A stretch of 64,000 nt of DNA from a virus (IMGVR_UViG_3300009685_000011:14767-78766), one strand, 5' to 3'. Numbered from the stretch's first letter, positions 29,415 through 39,061 are shown. Numbers and translations: made by a program. Notes: a model not told the origin generated them from the letters alone.

Positions 29415-29883
29415 TAGTTACATCCATATCTACCAAACGTTTCTCAATGATTGGTGCTATGAAAGTTTTAAAGTAGTTTTCAACTGTAGGTACATCAAGA
29501 GACTTTCTTAAACGTGTATCTGCTGCAATTCCAGAAGCAATAAAAGGAAGTCCTATTGATTTTCCTTTATGACTATAGTTGATTTTATATAGAATATGTT
29601 CTAATGCTGCACTTCTAATAGCAAAAGAATCTATTCCTCTATGACACCCACCTGGTTTGTATTGGGAGTACATATTAATAATACCGTCAATTACTTCGTA
29701 TGCTCCAAATTTCTCTTCTGGAAGTAGTTTTTCAAAACTCCCTTGAGTAATTTGAGGAAATTCTGCTGCAAGTGCACCTGCTACGCCCCCACCCATGACA
29801 CTAAAGCAATTACACTGATGCCCGATCAAGTCAAATTTACCTTGTTTGAACATCTGAATTAAATCTCCTTGAACGTATTTCAT
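29401..29883 (-). CDS. Macrodomain (ADP-ribose-processing) protein
   Basis: GDL, IGHQCNC..VMGGGVA, INMYSQY and IGLPFIASGIA macrodomain motifs. Confidence 0.8.
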   Translation of the reverse strand: MKYVQGDLIQMFKQGKFDLIGHQCNCFSVMGGGVAGALAAEFPQITQGSFEKLLPEEKFGAYEVIDGIINMYSQYKPGGCHRGIDSFAIRSAALEHILYKINYSHKGKSIGLPFIASGIAADTRLRKSLDVPTVENYFKTFIAPIIEKRLVDMDVTIVYL

Positions 29884-30170
29884 TGTAGAAATTTTGAAAA
29901 CTCACTTACAAGATTAGTATATCTCTGAAGATATTCCTTTAGAGTTATTACTTCATCTTGTTTAGCAAGTTTAAGAAAAATAATTCTTTTGAGGATAGAC
30001 TCCATATTACTGAAATAACCTACTGGTACATCTCGTTCTTTACTTTCTTCAGAACGACTTAAATGATGAGTAGGGTCTGTGTGTTTGACTTCATAAAGAA
30101 CAATATTGTAACAACCTGTTTCTTCAAAGTCAATGTAATAAGGCTCAAGTAACTCGTCTTTTATAGTCAT
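29880..30170 (-). CDS. Hypothetical protein
   Basis: Intact coupled ORF (VGYFSNMESIL...TLKEY). Confidence 0.65.
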   Translation of the reverse strand: MTIKDELLEPYYIDFEETGCYNIVLYEVKHTDPTHHLSRSEESKERDVPVGYFSNMESILKRIIFLKLAKQDEVITLKEYLQRYTNLVSEFSKFLQ

Positions 30171-30358
30171 CGTTCGAAATATTTAGTAAATAATTTAAAG
30201 TGTAAATTAGCAAAAGGTACTTTAAATTTAAACTGAGACTGTCTATTAAAAGTTAGTTTAGGATAGATCAACCCCAACACACACATGTTAGAAATATAGA
30301 CACTTTGAACAATTTCTATCAAATAAATTAAAAGTAGATAAAAAATCCTTTTTCTCAT
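30167..30358 (-). CDS. Hypothetical small membrane protein
   Basis: ATGA-coupled on both sides. Confidence 0.5.
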   Translation of the reverse strand: MRKRIFYLLLIYLIEIVQSVYISNMCVLGLIYPKLTFNRQSQFKFKVPFANLHFKLFTKYFER

Positions 30359-30840
30359 TTTATATAGTCTTGTTTGAGTCCCCAGCCTAAATTAAACCAT
30401 GCAAATTCTTTCTCTGCTTGTTCTTTATCGTATTTTAAAACCCTTGTAAATTGCATTAAACAGAAGGCTTTCCATTGAAGGAAGTCTTCTTCTCTTTTAA
30501 ACGTATAATATTGATACCAGGGAACTTTTTCAAAAAAAGTGGGATATTTGATAAATCCAAAAAGTGTTTTGTTAATCTTGAACTTAAACACTTTTTTAAA
30601 CTCGTGTGTGCCTCCTTTAATTACGTCTTCGTAAATAATATCATAAGGATACAACTGTTCGTTTACACACTTAATTATAACCATTTGAATAAGAAGTTCT
30701 CTTGTTTTTGGTTGCTCCTCTATTATATAACCTTCTGTAGCAGGCCACATAAGGTAATCTGAAGCAGTAAGTCTTTCCAACACAGAGACAATTTGATTTC
30801 CTTTGTTGTAGACTACATACAATTTATTTGATGATTTCAT
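30355..30840 (-). CDS. Hypothetical protein
   Basis: Intact coupled ORF. Confidence 0.6.
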   Translation of the reverse strand: MKSSNKLYVVYNKGNQIVSVLERLTASDYLMWPATEGYIIEEQPKTRELLIQMVIIKCVNEQLYPYDIIYEDVIKGGTHEFKKVFKFKINKTLFGFIKYPTFFEKVPWYQYYTFKREEDFLQWKAFCLMQFTRVLKYDKEQAEKEFAWFNLGWGLKQDYIK

Positions 30841-31207
30841 TGAATTCTATACCGTTTTGATTTTTAAAACAATGGGTGAATTCTTTCCACTGGTTTTTTC
30901 TTGTGAAAATATTATGTATAAACGGGTCTACGGTGTCGGGAGTACACAAGTGGTGTGTACCAACAAAATAATAAGTAACACCAACCACTTCATATAATTT
31001 TTCAAATAACTTTGATAACCTAACGTCATTTTCTCTTAATAATAGAACTCCATTGAGTTCCAGTTTTTTACTTAAAGAGTCAAAATCTCTTTCGATCCAA
31101 CTCTGTCCAAGATCAAACAAAAAAGATAAAAAACCATCCTCTGTTGCGTCTGATACTATGAAGACTGATTTAACCTGATTAGGGGAAATATTAAACATAA
31201 CATTCAA
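30824..31207 (-). CDS. Hypothetical protein
   Basis: Intact coupled ORF. Confidence 0.6.
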   Translation of the reverse strand: MNVMFNISPNQVKSVFIVSDATEDGFLSFLFDLGQSWIERDFDSLSKKLELNGVLLLRENDVRLSKLFEKLYEVVGVTYYFVGTHHLCTPDTVDPFIHNIFTRKNQWKEFTHCFKNQNGIEFNEIIK

Positions 31208-31560
31208 ATTTTAATATTGCGTATTTTATATCTTATTTTAGCAATTTCAAAAAATATCGCTTTTTTGTTATTTATATTTTTTTCTTGATTAAAGAAATCT
31301 ACCAACCTGTTTATTTCAGTTATTAGGTCACTTATATGTAATCGTAATTTGTTGCGATTAAAATAATAAGGCTTTATTGTTTTTCTAACAATCCACCCTT
31401 CATTTTCCATTTTACTTAAACCATCCAAACCATTAGTCATACCAATATATTCTAATCTGTTAGAATAGTAGTAAGTATTGTGTAACAGAGGATCCCAAGT
31501 TATGTATTTTCTGCATCTTGTCTTATAATTAACAAGAGTCACAATTTCAAATTTTTTCAT
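31204..31560 (-). CDS. Hypothetical protein (start reassigned to MKKFEI)
   Basis: Reassignment removes most of the overlap with the upstream gene. Confidence 0.55.
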   Translation of the reverse strand: MKKFEIVTLVNYKTRCRKYITWDPLLHNTYYYSNRLEYIGMTNGLDGLSKMENEGWIVRKTIKPYYFNRNKLRLHISDLITEINRLVDFFNQEKNINNKKAIFFEIAKIRYKIRNIKI

Positions 31561-31801
31561 ACATTTTCTCTTCCATAAACTCATCATATTGGTAACACGT
31601 AGGTTTCTCTTCTTGACACACGTTACAATACCATAATTGTTCATCAACAAGTTCTGCTATTAACCCTGTGTTTACACCTACCCAATGCTGTTGATCCACA
31701 TCAGGTGATCCACATTCACACAGGTAAGTTTCGTTTGTTAAATCAACAGAAAGAAATTTACATTCGTCTTTTAATCGTTCTATAAACTCTTCTTTAGTCA
31801 T
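31547..31801 (-). CDS. Zn-ribbon-like small protein
   Basis: CECGS...W..VN...WYCNVCQE. Confidence 0.65.
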   Translation of the reverse strand: MTKEEFIERLKDECKFLSVDLTNETYLCECGSPDVDQQHWVGVNTGLIAELVDEQLWYCNVCQEEKPTCYQYDEFMEEKMYEKI

Positions 31802-31997
31802 TGTCTTTAGATAGTTTTCTTATTTGCTCTATTAACTCTATAACAGTATCTTCTATTTCAGACCACTCTGAATCTTTCATATCAAGAATATTAAATTCTT
31901 CGTTTATTACATCTCTATAACTCTCATCTGAATATACAAAGTCTGTATTAAGTAATTTATTTATTGTGTTAACTATTTCTATTTGTTTATTTGTCAT
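31794..31997 (-). CDS. Hypothetical acidic protein
   Basis: Intact coupled ORF. Confidence 0.6.
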   Translation of the reverse strand: MTNKQIEIVNTINKLLNTDFVYSDESYRDVINEEFNILDMKDSEWSEIEDTVIELIEQIRKLSKDND

Positions 31998-32099
31998 TGG
32001 TTTTTGATTTAGGATTATAAAAAATAATTTTCTCTCCCAATAGCCCTGCTAAAAACAAACAAATAAATACAAGTGCGTATCCTATGATTTCATTTTGAT

Positions 32100-33047
32100 T
32101 CATAAGTTATTTTCAATAAAAGTTAAACAAAATCTTTCTCCTTGATTCAAGTACATTTCATCAAGGTCTTTACCTCCTTCCGAGAATATCAGTTCTACTG
32201 GAGTGTAAAGAAATTGGTTTTTTAGTCTATCAGCCCCTGCAATACCCGCATTGTCGTTATCGAACCAAGTAAAAACTTTTCTATAATAAGATTCCCACTC
32301 AAACATTATATCTGATGGAATTATAGGAGTTTCGTTTTGTACGGATACTATGTCATAGTCACATAGGTTTTCAAGAACAAAAAAATCTTTATGAGCCTTC
32401 TGGATAACTAAAATGTCTGAACCTCTTTTATTAGTCCATAAATCAGATCCTTTAGCATTACCTATGAATCTTGGTCGTTCTCTTTCAGGAAAGTAAAATT
32501 TATACCTTGTATCAAAGTGATAACAATAACACAAGTCATTAAAATTGACTTTTCTTTCATACGAGTCTTTCTTTTCTAAATATCCATTAAGAGGCAAGAC
32601 TTTAAACTCACCTTCAAATTGCTTTAAAGAAACTCCTCTTAAACCCCAATAGTCTATATCTCTTTGTTCCCACTCACGGTAGAAAGGAACATAAGTAGTA
32701 GTACTTAAAGACTTGATACCGGGGAATATTTTATAAGAAGAAGTTACAAGACCCGGACTTAAATTCAGCAGGTTTGTGCAGATTTCAGTCCAAGACAAGT
32801 TAGGATTCATTCTTTTATACCCTTCGATACAGTCAAATCCTGAACAAGATTTGTCTGCAAAATCTATCAACCTTAATGTACCCTCCATCCAATGAAGTTT
32901 ACAAGAACCTTTGTTTTTATCTGGCCTAAAAGGGTTTAGAACCCAATCACCTACTTTTACTGAACCAAGAATTTGTCTCCAGACACTTTCTTGATCTACT
33001 CGATGAAGGAGTTCTTTTTTAGAAATATAAAAGAAAGAGTCAAGCAT
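32100..33047 (-). CDS. DNA primase (TOPRIM, crAss-like type); start reassigned to ATG 33047
   Basis: NPFRPD...SC N-terminus, IQKAHKD, VSVQNE, WFDNDNAG and KDLDE TOPRIM motifs. The tracked TTG extension runs through an RNA structure. Confidence 0.85.
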   Translation of the reverse strand: MLDSFFYISKKELLHRVDQESVWRQILGSVKVGDWVLNPFRPDKNKGSCKLHWMEGTLRLIDFADKSCSGFDCIEGYKRMNPNLSWTEICTNLLNLSPGLVTSSYKIFPGIKSLSTTTYVPFYREWEQRDIDYWGLRGVSLKQFEGEFKVLPLNGYLEKKDSYERKVNFNDLCYCYHFDTRYKFYFPERERPRFIGNAKGSDLWTNKRGSDILVIQKAHKDFFVLENLCDYDIVSVQNETPIIPSDIMFEWESYYRKVFTWFDNDNAGIAGADRLKNQFLYTPVELIFSEGGKDLDEMYLNQGERFCLTFIENNL

Positions 33048-33059
33048 ATATAAAAGAAA

Positions 33060-33144
33060 AAAGCAGCGGGGTGTATCGCCACTACACCTTAACACAGGTT
33101 AGGCTATCATTGGTACCAATGCCTGTGATCCTTATGACTGCTTT
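33060..33144 (-). promoter_or_regulatory. Three-way-junction RNA/attenuator-like element upstream of primase
   Basis: Closing stem AAAGCAG/CTGCTTT encloses CACAGG/CCTGTG and GGTGTA/TACACC hairpins, followed by a U-tract. Confidence 0.55.
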
Positions 33145-33158
33145 AATTAAGAATTAAA

Positions 33159-33815
33159 CTACCACTCAGAAGTAGATGTAGATGCTGGTGGAGTACTTGT
33201 TTGGTTTTGTGCAGGACGAGTGTGAAAAAACCTGTCACTTGCTACAGGAATCGTAGGTACACTACCAATAGCAAAAGGAAACTTATACACACCACCTTCA
33301 CCAAATGCCGGAGGTGTCAAGTATCCACCTTTATTGTATCCAAGAGCAAGATTACCCTCAAGGCTAAACAAACCTTTGTCTTCACAAAGTTTCATCAGAC
33401 CTTCTACCATAGTAGAGCAGACTTGATAGAGTTTAGAAATATCAGTAAGTGGAATTGCACTTACTCCTTGTGCTTGACAACCTTTCAAGGAGGCTGCTTT
33501 AAGACGTTCTTTTACTTCTTCCTCGTTGGCATAAGTTTTACCAATCTCCATCAAAAGAGACAGAAAAGTACTAAATGCTTTTTGAGAAACTTCCGTAGAA
33601 CCCATTGGAGGTTTAGGAAAGTTAACAAAATGATTAATTACACTGTCTTCCTTAGAGAAGATAATTTTAAGAGCACCGCTGTCACCACCAACAGTAGTAC
33701 TCCACTCTTTTACTTTGACTCCGGTATTTACACCGAAATTAAAACATGTTCCTTTACCAGAAGTAAAGAAATCATCAAGGACGCTTGGGTTTTGATTCTG
33801 ATTCTGATTATTCAT
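33159..33815 (-). CDS. Hypothetical replication-region protein, possibly ssDNA-binding
   Basis: Beta-rich N-terminus and disordered P/T/S tail next to primase; function is inference. Confidence 0.5.
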   Translation of the reverse strand: MNNQNQNQNPSVLDDFFTSGKGTCFNFGVNTGVKVKEWSTTVGGDSGALKIIFSKEDSVINHFVNFPKPPMGSTEVSQKAFSTFLSLLMEIGKTYANEEEVKERLKAASLKGCQAQGVSAIPLTDISKLYQVCSTMVEGLMKLCEDKGLFSLEGNLALGYNKGGYLTPPAFGEGGVYKFPFAIGSVPTIPVASDRFFHTRPAQNQTSTPPASTSTSEW

Positions 33816-33839
33816 TTTATAAGTTTGTTAAGTTAATGA

Positions 33840-34196
33840 TTAAAATTCGAGATTTACAGGTTCTTTTAGGTGTGGTTCGTAATTGTCAAAATCAGAATTC
33901 TGCCCAACTACTTCAGTTTGAACTTCTACCTTAGGAGTATCTGATTCTCCTTTCAACTTGATAGTTTCACCTCCTTCAAATTCAAAAGTAATCACATCAC
34001 TTTTGCGCTTACGATTAGACAAATCCAAGTTGAAACCTTTGTTGTAAAATTCATTAAGAAGAAGATAAGGTACTTTAAATCCCATTTCTTCTTCGATAAT
34101 AGCAGGAATATCCTTGCTTTTAAGTTCACTTGTAGGTGTGTGGTAAAGTTCGAGCAGACGCTCTTTTTGTTCTTGTGAAATTTTGATTACTGACAT
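33840..34196 (-). CDS. Hypothetical protein
   Basis: Intact ORF. Confidence 0.6.
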   Translation of the reverse strand: MSVIKISQEQKERLLELYHTPTSELKSKDIPAIIEEEMGFKVPYLLLNEFYNKGFNLDLSNRKRKSDVITFEFEGGETIKLKGESDTPKVEVQTEVVGQNSDFDNYEPHLKEPVNLEF

Positions 34197-34333
34197 AATT
34201 ATTGTTTATTTTTCAAATTTACTTAACTGATGATATTCAAGGGCTTCGTATTCTTCTGGAGTTAACAAGTTATTCCAGTGACCAAGAGACCACTGAAACA
34301 ATAAGAAATCTTCCCATTCCATATAATGATTGG

Positions 34334-34555
34334 TTAAATGGTTTTAGCGTTTGTTATATTATATAACTGGTCGTAAAGAAATTGTTGTTCCTCACCCCAA
34401 TATACAGGACATCGAAACACTTTCATTCCATGTTCTTCAACTGTTTCTCCAGGAGGATTAACAAAAACCTCTCTTTCTTCAGAATGAAAATGTCCACAAG
34501 ATTCTTTTAGTGGACATCCTTCTCCACTACATTTTGTTAGTTTTAAAGTTTTCAT
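34334..34555 (-). CDS. Small Cys-rich protein (start reassigned to MKTLKLTKC)
   Basis: CSGEGCPLKESC...C metal-binding pattern. Confidence 0.6.
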   Translation of the reverse strand: MKTLKLTKCSGEGCPLKESCGHFHSEEREVFVNPPGETVEEHGMKVFRCPVYWGEEQQFLYDQLYNITNAKTI

Positions 34556-34697
34556 CTTGTTTAGGTTGTTCTTTAGGTTGTTCTTTGACAACCATTTTCT
34601 TCTTAGCCTCTTCTTCCAAGGCTTTAAGAAGTTCTTCAGCATACTCTGGATCACGGTCTGCTAAAGTAAGTGGATTAAGTGATGGAGTTGTGTTCAT
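34527..34697 (-). CDS. Small acidic/basic peptide (56 aa, below cutoff)
   Basis: MNTTPSLNPLTLADRDPEYAEELLKALEEEAKKK...; fills the gap between neighbours. Confidence 0.5.
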   Translation of the reverse strand: MNTTPSLNPLTLADRDPEYAEELLKALEEEAKKKMVVKEQPKEQPKQDENFKTNKM

Positions 34698-35127
34698 ACT
34701 TTTTGTAATATTGAATTAAATCGTTGTGAAACTCTAACATTTTAGACAGATTCCAGTTTTTAGAATCTGGTTCCTCAGAGAATAATTTAATCTTACGAAT
34801 AGACTTAAACAATTCTTCATTTATTTTAACAATTTCAGTTTCAACCAGTCGTCCAAATCCATATGCGTACTCCAAAGCATCATCGTGCACTATCCTATTG
34901 CTTGTATACGACACACTTTTTAAAAAATCAATAATTGCTTCAGTATAATCAGGTTGATTAGAATATATATGACCATTAATGTGCCACATATTACCTTGTA
35001 AATCATTATAAATAGCACCAAATTGTTTTAACTGTTCTTCTTCTGTCATTTCAACCCCATTCCAACGACAGAACTCTTCGTTATTTATAAACTCAATCAT
35101 TGTATTTACTTTATAAACGACCACCAT
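34675..35127 (-). CDS. Hypothetical protein
   Basis: Intact ORF. Confidence 0.6.
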   Translation of the reverse strand: MVVVYKVNTMIEFINNEEFCRWNGVEMTEEEQLKQFGAIYNDLQGNMWHINGHIYSNQPDYTEAIIDFLKSVSYTSNRIVHDDALEYAYGFGRLVETEIVKINEELFKSIRKIKLFSEEPDSKNWNLSKMLEFHNDLIQYYKKYEHNSIT

Positions 35128-35392
35128 CGTATGCTAATTGAACGGTTCTCCATTTAAGAATATCCATTAAAGCGTTTTCTACTTGAACTGTTTCTGCAAA
35201 AACAGGATTTTCAAAAATAGAATCTCCTTCAAAAAGAGCAAAAGTGTTTCCTGTTAGAAAATGCCAGTTAGTTTTTGTTCTATCGCTTTGAGATCTTATT
35301 TTAATAAATAAAGAATAAAGATAATCACCTTCAATAATACGCGCTGATACAATAGCACCTGGATATAACGCTTTAAATTCTTCTTTTGTCAT
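35111..35392 (-). CDS. Hypothetical protein
   Basis: Intact coupled ORF. Confidence 0.6.
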   Translation of the reverse strand: MTKEEFKALYPGAIVSARIIEGDYLYSLFIKIRSQSDRTKTNWHFLTGNTFALFEGDSIFENPVFAETVQVENALMDILKWRTVQLAYDGGRL

Positions 35393-35696
35393 GTTCTATG
35401 TTAATTAACTTACTCGCAATTTCATATTCTGCTTCTTCCCAACTTTCACATCTTGTTTTACTTTCGTATTCATATATCTCATAATATACTATATTGGATA
35501 AAACTGCTGGTACGATAGAATATTTATATCCTTTTTTCCTAAACCAACGTAGTACATCTGTTATGTTTGGCCATTTTACAGTAGCAGAACTACTAAACTC
35601 TTGATAAGAGTTTGTTACAGTGTTGTAATATGAATTACATTCTTCGTCATAACCAAGTTCTTCGAGAATAAGCAATTGTTCTTTAGTCAGTATCAT
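35373..35696 (-). CDS. Hypothetical protein
   Basis: Intact coupled ORF (LEELGYD...PNITDVLRWFR...SWEEAE). Confidence 0.65.
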   Translation of the reverse strand: MILTKEQLLILEELGYDEECNSYYNTVTNSYQEFSSSATVKWPNITDVLRWFRKKGYKYSIVPAVLSNIVYYEIYEYESKTRCESWEEAEYEIASKLINIEHDKRRI

Positions 35697-36051
35697 AATC
35701 TCCTTTTAAATAATCTTTTAGTACATCTTCGGGTACCATTTTTAAAACTTCATCATATTCTTCTTGAGTTAGGCTTAAAACACGAGTTCCAAAACTATAT
35801 ACTCCAAGTTGCAAATCTAACAGTTCATTAGTTATATAGTTAACACCGTCGTGTTTACATACTATCCCTACTTCTACAGTGTTAAAAGGAGTCGAGATAG
35901 TGGGTTCATCTTCTGCATCTAACAACTTTTGAAAATCTAACTCAATCTTTACTCTTTTAGCCAAGTCATAAGTAGTAAAGTCTTTTCCTGTTACTTTACG
36001 ATTAGGAAGAGAATTTAGAGTGTGCAAAATATCTTTAAGTAACTCTGTCAT
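35683..36051 (-). CDS. Hypothetical protein
   Basis: Intact ORF. Confidence 0.6.
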   Translation of the reverse strand: MTELLKDILHTLNSLPNRKVTGKDFTTYDLAKRVKIELDFQKLLDAEDEPTISTPFNTVEVGIVCKHDGVNYITNELLDLQLGVYSFGTRVLSLTQEEYDEVLKMVPEDVLKDYLKGDYDTD

Positions 36052-36085
36052 TATTTTGCATTAGTTACAACTTTAGAGATAACTA

Positions 36086-37686
36086 TTATCCTTCGTAATA
36101 TTCTTTAATTTTATCTACCACGTATCCCATGTCATTAGGTATAAACTCATCGTCAAAACAACCTGCTGGGGTTTTACAAGTGGACTGCCCATCACTCTTT
36201 GTTCGAAACTTATATTCAATTTTACCAGATTTAAAATCTTTTTCTACAACAGAATACAAAATAAAAGTAAACAGACCGTCAAGATATACAGAATTATCTA
36301 AAAGTTTTCCTGCTGTTTTTAGTTTCAACATTCCGTCGTCACCTTTTTCTGCATGATTCACACAAATAATATTAAGGTTACGACGCATAGTTCGAGTAGT
36401 GTTAAGAATTTTAAAAACAGAACTTGCTAATTCTGTCCATTTTTCAACTTTCGTACTCTATCTTTCGATAGAGAATAGACTATATCTTATTATTTATTTT
36501 TGTAGTAAACATTTTTTCAATACTCCAACCTTTGTGTTTTCTATCATAAAGCACTTCTTTTGGTATTTTTAACTCGTCTGACCATTCTTTCATAGTTTGA
36601 CTTTTTCCATTATACCAAATTTGTCTATTGTAGGGGTCTTTAGAAATCGCTTCTTCAAAGGATAAGCCTTTTAAAAGCCTTTTTCTTAGCGTGGTATATT
36701 CAATATTTAATTCTTTTGCCCAGTCTTTTAGAACCATTGTTTTATTATTATGTGTGATAATAATATTAAAAGAACCTCTATTTTTCGACTGAACATCCAT
36801 TGTCGCCCACCTACAATTTTCTTTACAATATCCTTTAGAATTGTCTATTCTATCTAAAGAGTGTTTATCTGACGGAGCGAAACCCATATCATTGATAAAA
36901 TGATCAAACGAGTCGATCCATGTTTCACAGACAAAAATACTATTCAGATGATAGTTTTTAGTATGGTTTGTTTTATTACAAGAAGAATAACACCTTGTCT
37001 TCATTGCTTTCCAAGCGCGGTATTCTTTTGTAATTTTACCATCAATTCTTGTCGGGTATTTTCTGTTTTTTGCCATATTGTTATATTTTAATTGAACAAT
37101 ATCGCAAAGGTACTAAAAAAAAATAATTCTCCCGTTTCGGATTTCTAAAAACCCTACTCTACTAACTTTACAGTGTTCGATAGTCGTTGAACCTTTACCT
37201 TATTTACACTTAGGTACTTGGCTGCTGATTGCCCAATTCTACTAATTTTCAAACATTCACACCTACCTTTTCAGGTTATGTTGTAGTTTAGCAGACTCTA
37301 AGGGGTTTCCAGCAATTAGAGAGATTTTAAAAGGGCATGAAGAACTACCCTTTCTCTTTAACTTTATCCATTACGTCAAAACTAAAAATATAGGTAAAAT
37401 CATCAATTACGATATTTTCTATATCGATACGTTCTGTATTTACATATTCAAGAATACCTTGAATTACTTTAGGATCAGAAGTTTCTACATAATTACCACC
37501 CTCTCGAATTTTTTTATCAGGTGGATATAATTTAAAGGCTCCCTTTACAGGAAGGGGTTTACTTGCAACATTAATAAGAATTGTTTTTTTTGGGTCTAAC
37601 CCCTTAATACCTATTTGAGGATTAGGAAAAAGACTGGTAGATTTACCACTACCACTTTGAGCAACAAGTGCGATAAGATTTGCCAT
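36086..37686 (-). CDS. AAA/Sak4-like P-loop ATPase, spliced: exon 1 37686-37347, exon 2 36447-36086 (233 aa)
   Basis: Walker A AQSGSGKST and Walker B IVIDDF in exon 1; joining GGG T|TT GAA AAA TGG restores KGFEKWTELA and continues in frame into ICVNHAE...KLKTAGKLLD...DGLFTFIL...TKSDGQSTCKTPAG. Confidence 0.88.
36480..37076 (-). CDS. Intron-encoded HNH-type homing endonuclease with two C-terminal DNA-binding repeats
   Basis: EYRAWKAMKTRC...SLDRIDNSKGYCKENCRWAT...Q..NR; two repeats (KTMVLKDWAKELNI / QTMKEWSDELKI). The stop codon lies inside P7' (GATATAGTC). Confidence 0.88.
   Translation of the reverse strand: MAKNRKYPTRIDGKITKEYRAWKAMKTRCYSSCNKTNHTKNYHLNSIFVCETWIDSFDHFINDMGFAPSDKHSLDRIDNSKGYCKENCRWATMDVQSKNRGSFNIIITHNNKTMVLKDWAKELNIEYTTLRKRLLKGLSFEEAISKDPYNRQIWYNGKSQTMKEWSDELKIPKEVLYDRKHKGWSIEKMFTTKINNKI
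37105..37112 (-). promoter_or_regulatory. Bacteroidota-type -7 promoter box (TACCTTTG) for the HNH endonuclease
   Basis: Exact TAnnTTTG match about 30 nt upstream of the ATG at 37076. Confidence 0.6.
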
Positions 37687-37694
37687 TATTAGTT

Positions 37695-37970
37695 TTATTT
37701 ATTTAAAGATTCGTGAATAAATTGTTTTTTAGGCACCAAACTATCAAGAGCATTTGTACATTGACCCATTATTCGAACTAATGTTTTTTGAAGAGGTGGT
37801 AGATCATCAAGATAAACAGGATCTCCTGGCTCCATTTTTCTATATACCTTTCCTTTTGCGTCTCTGTATACAACCAAATTCCACCTCATCAAATAGGTAT
37901 ATGTCATTGGTCGTGGAGGAAAATTACAAAGGGAAATCTCTTCTTGCGGTATGATTTCAATTATTTCCAT
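37695..37970 (-). CDS. Hypothetical protein
   Basis: Intact coupled ORF. Confidence 0.6.
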   Translation of the reverse strand: MEIIEIIPQEEISLCNFPPRPMTYTYLMRWNLVVYRDAKGKVYRKMEPGDPVYLDDLPPLQKTLVRIMGQCTNALDSLVPKKQFIHESLNK

Positions 37971-39061
37971 TATTTAAAGTTTTTAATATTCTCTATAAAC
38001 TTAGTGTATTCAGGACCTCCTGGAGTAGGGATTGTATCAAACCACCCCGTCCTACCTGCAAAAAATACACTATCGTGAACATTGGTTTCTCCAAATCGTG
38101 ACTTCAGAATGTTCAAAGTACGAATGTAATTCTTAAATACTCCTAAATTATGTCCATCCCAAAGTCTTATATTTTGAGTAACAGAACCTTGGTTGGCTTT
38201 ATTAGGATTTGCTACTCCCAGAAGGTTAAAATACGAACGAGCAACTTGTTTATTTACAGCAAGTCCGTTTTCAGTAGGTAAGATAGAGCCTTCTTTACGA
38301 GAGTCTTGGTTTTCTGAATCTGCATTCTGGTGATGAATACAGACTACTGAATAGTTCAGTTTATTAGCCGAATATGATCTTTGAAATTCTACAGTATTCC
38401 AGATGGCCTCTGCTTGATCTTTTTCATTTTGTTGATGTCTAATCAGCAAGAGGTGATCTATAACTACTACTACAAATTCATCAGGGTCGTTAGGAACATA
38501 GTGATCCCAAGAAGAATCCTTATCAAAGGAAGTTACTGGAACATCTTTTAGATAAAACGTACCACGTTTTTGAGCAAAGTCTCTTACTATTTTCCATATA
38601 CCATACGAGTTATACACGTTGGTATGATAAGAAATGTAAGGTAACATTTTCTCTACTCTTTTTTCTGTATCTTCAAGTAAAGAAATGTCTTTCTTATCTA
38701 TAGTTCTACCTATAGATTCAAAGTCTTTGATGTTGTACTGAAGACCGTGTTTGACATAACCCTGATACGAGAGCATAGAATATTGAAACTGTTGCGCTGA
38801 TTCTTCAAGACCTATGTAAATAACATGATAGTTTTTCTTTTCTTTAATGGCCCACTCAATACCCTGATGAACTACCCAGTGTTTCAAAAGACTTGTCTTA
38901 GAACTCGCAGGTGTTCCTGTAAGCCCTGTAACTTCGCCTCTCATAAATCCCGGAAAGTAATCTGTAAACTTACCAAGTTTTTTAAAAGGAAGATAATTAA
39001 TCTTACCTTGTACAAAGTCTTCGTGATTTTTTAGAATCTTTTGGGTTAAAGTCAGTTTCAC
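37970..39061 (-). CDS. Replicative helicase (SF4, DnaB-like)
   Basis: RGEVTGLTGTPASSKTS (Walker A variant), YIGLEE, VVVIDHL (Walker B), HHQ, LNILKSRFG. Confidence 0.85.
   Translation of the reverse strand: MKLTLTQKILKNHEDFVQGKINYLPFKKLGKFTDYFPGFMRGEVTGLTGTPASSKTSLLKHWVVHQGIEWAIKEKKNYHVIYIGLEESAQQFQYSMLSYQGYVKHGLQYNIKDFESIGRTIDKKDISLLEDTEKRVEKMLPYISYHTNVYNSYGIWKIVRDFAQKRGTFYLKDVPVTSFDKDSSWDHYVPNDPDEFVVVVIDHLLLIRHQQNEKDQAEAIWNTVEFQRSYSANKLNYSVVCIHHQNADSENQDSRKEGSILPTENGLAVNKQVARSYFNLLGVANPNKANQGSVTQNIRLWDGHNLGVFKNYIRTLNILKSRFGETNVHDSVFFAGRTGWFDTIPTPGGPEYTKFIENIKNFK

Larger units (their letters stand above)
36448..37346 (-). mobile_element. Group I intron (IA2-like, 899 nt) in the AAA ATPase gene
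   Basis: 5' exon ends in U paired with G of IGS (AAAGGGU/GCCCUUU). P4 AATTGCTGGAA/AATCAGCAG, P7 GACTA/TAGTC with an insertion between P7 and P3', P9 CTCTATC-GAAA-GATAGAG, terminal G at 36448. Confidence 0.92.
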
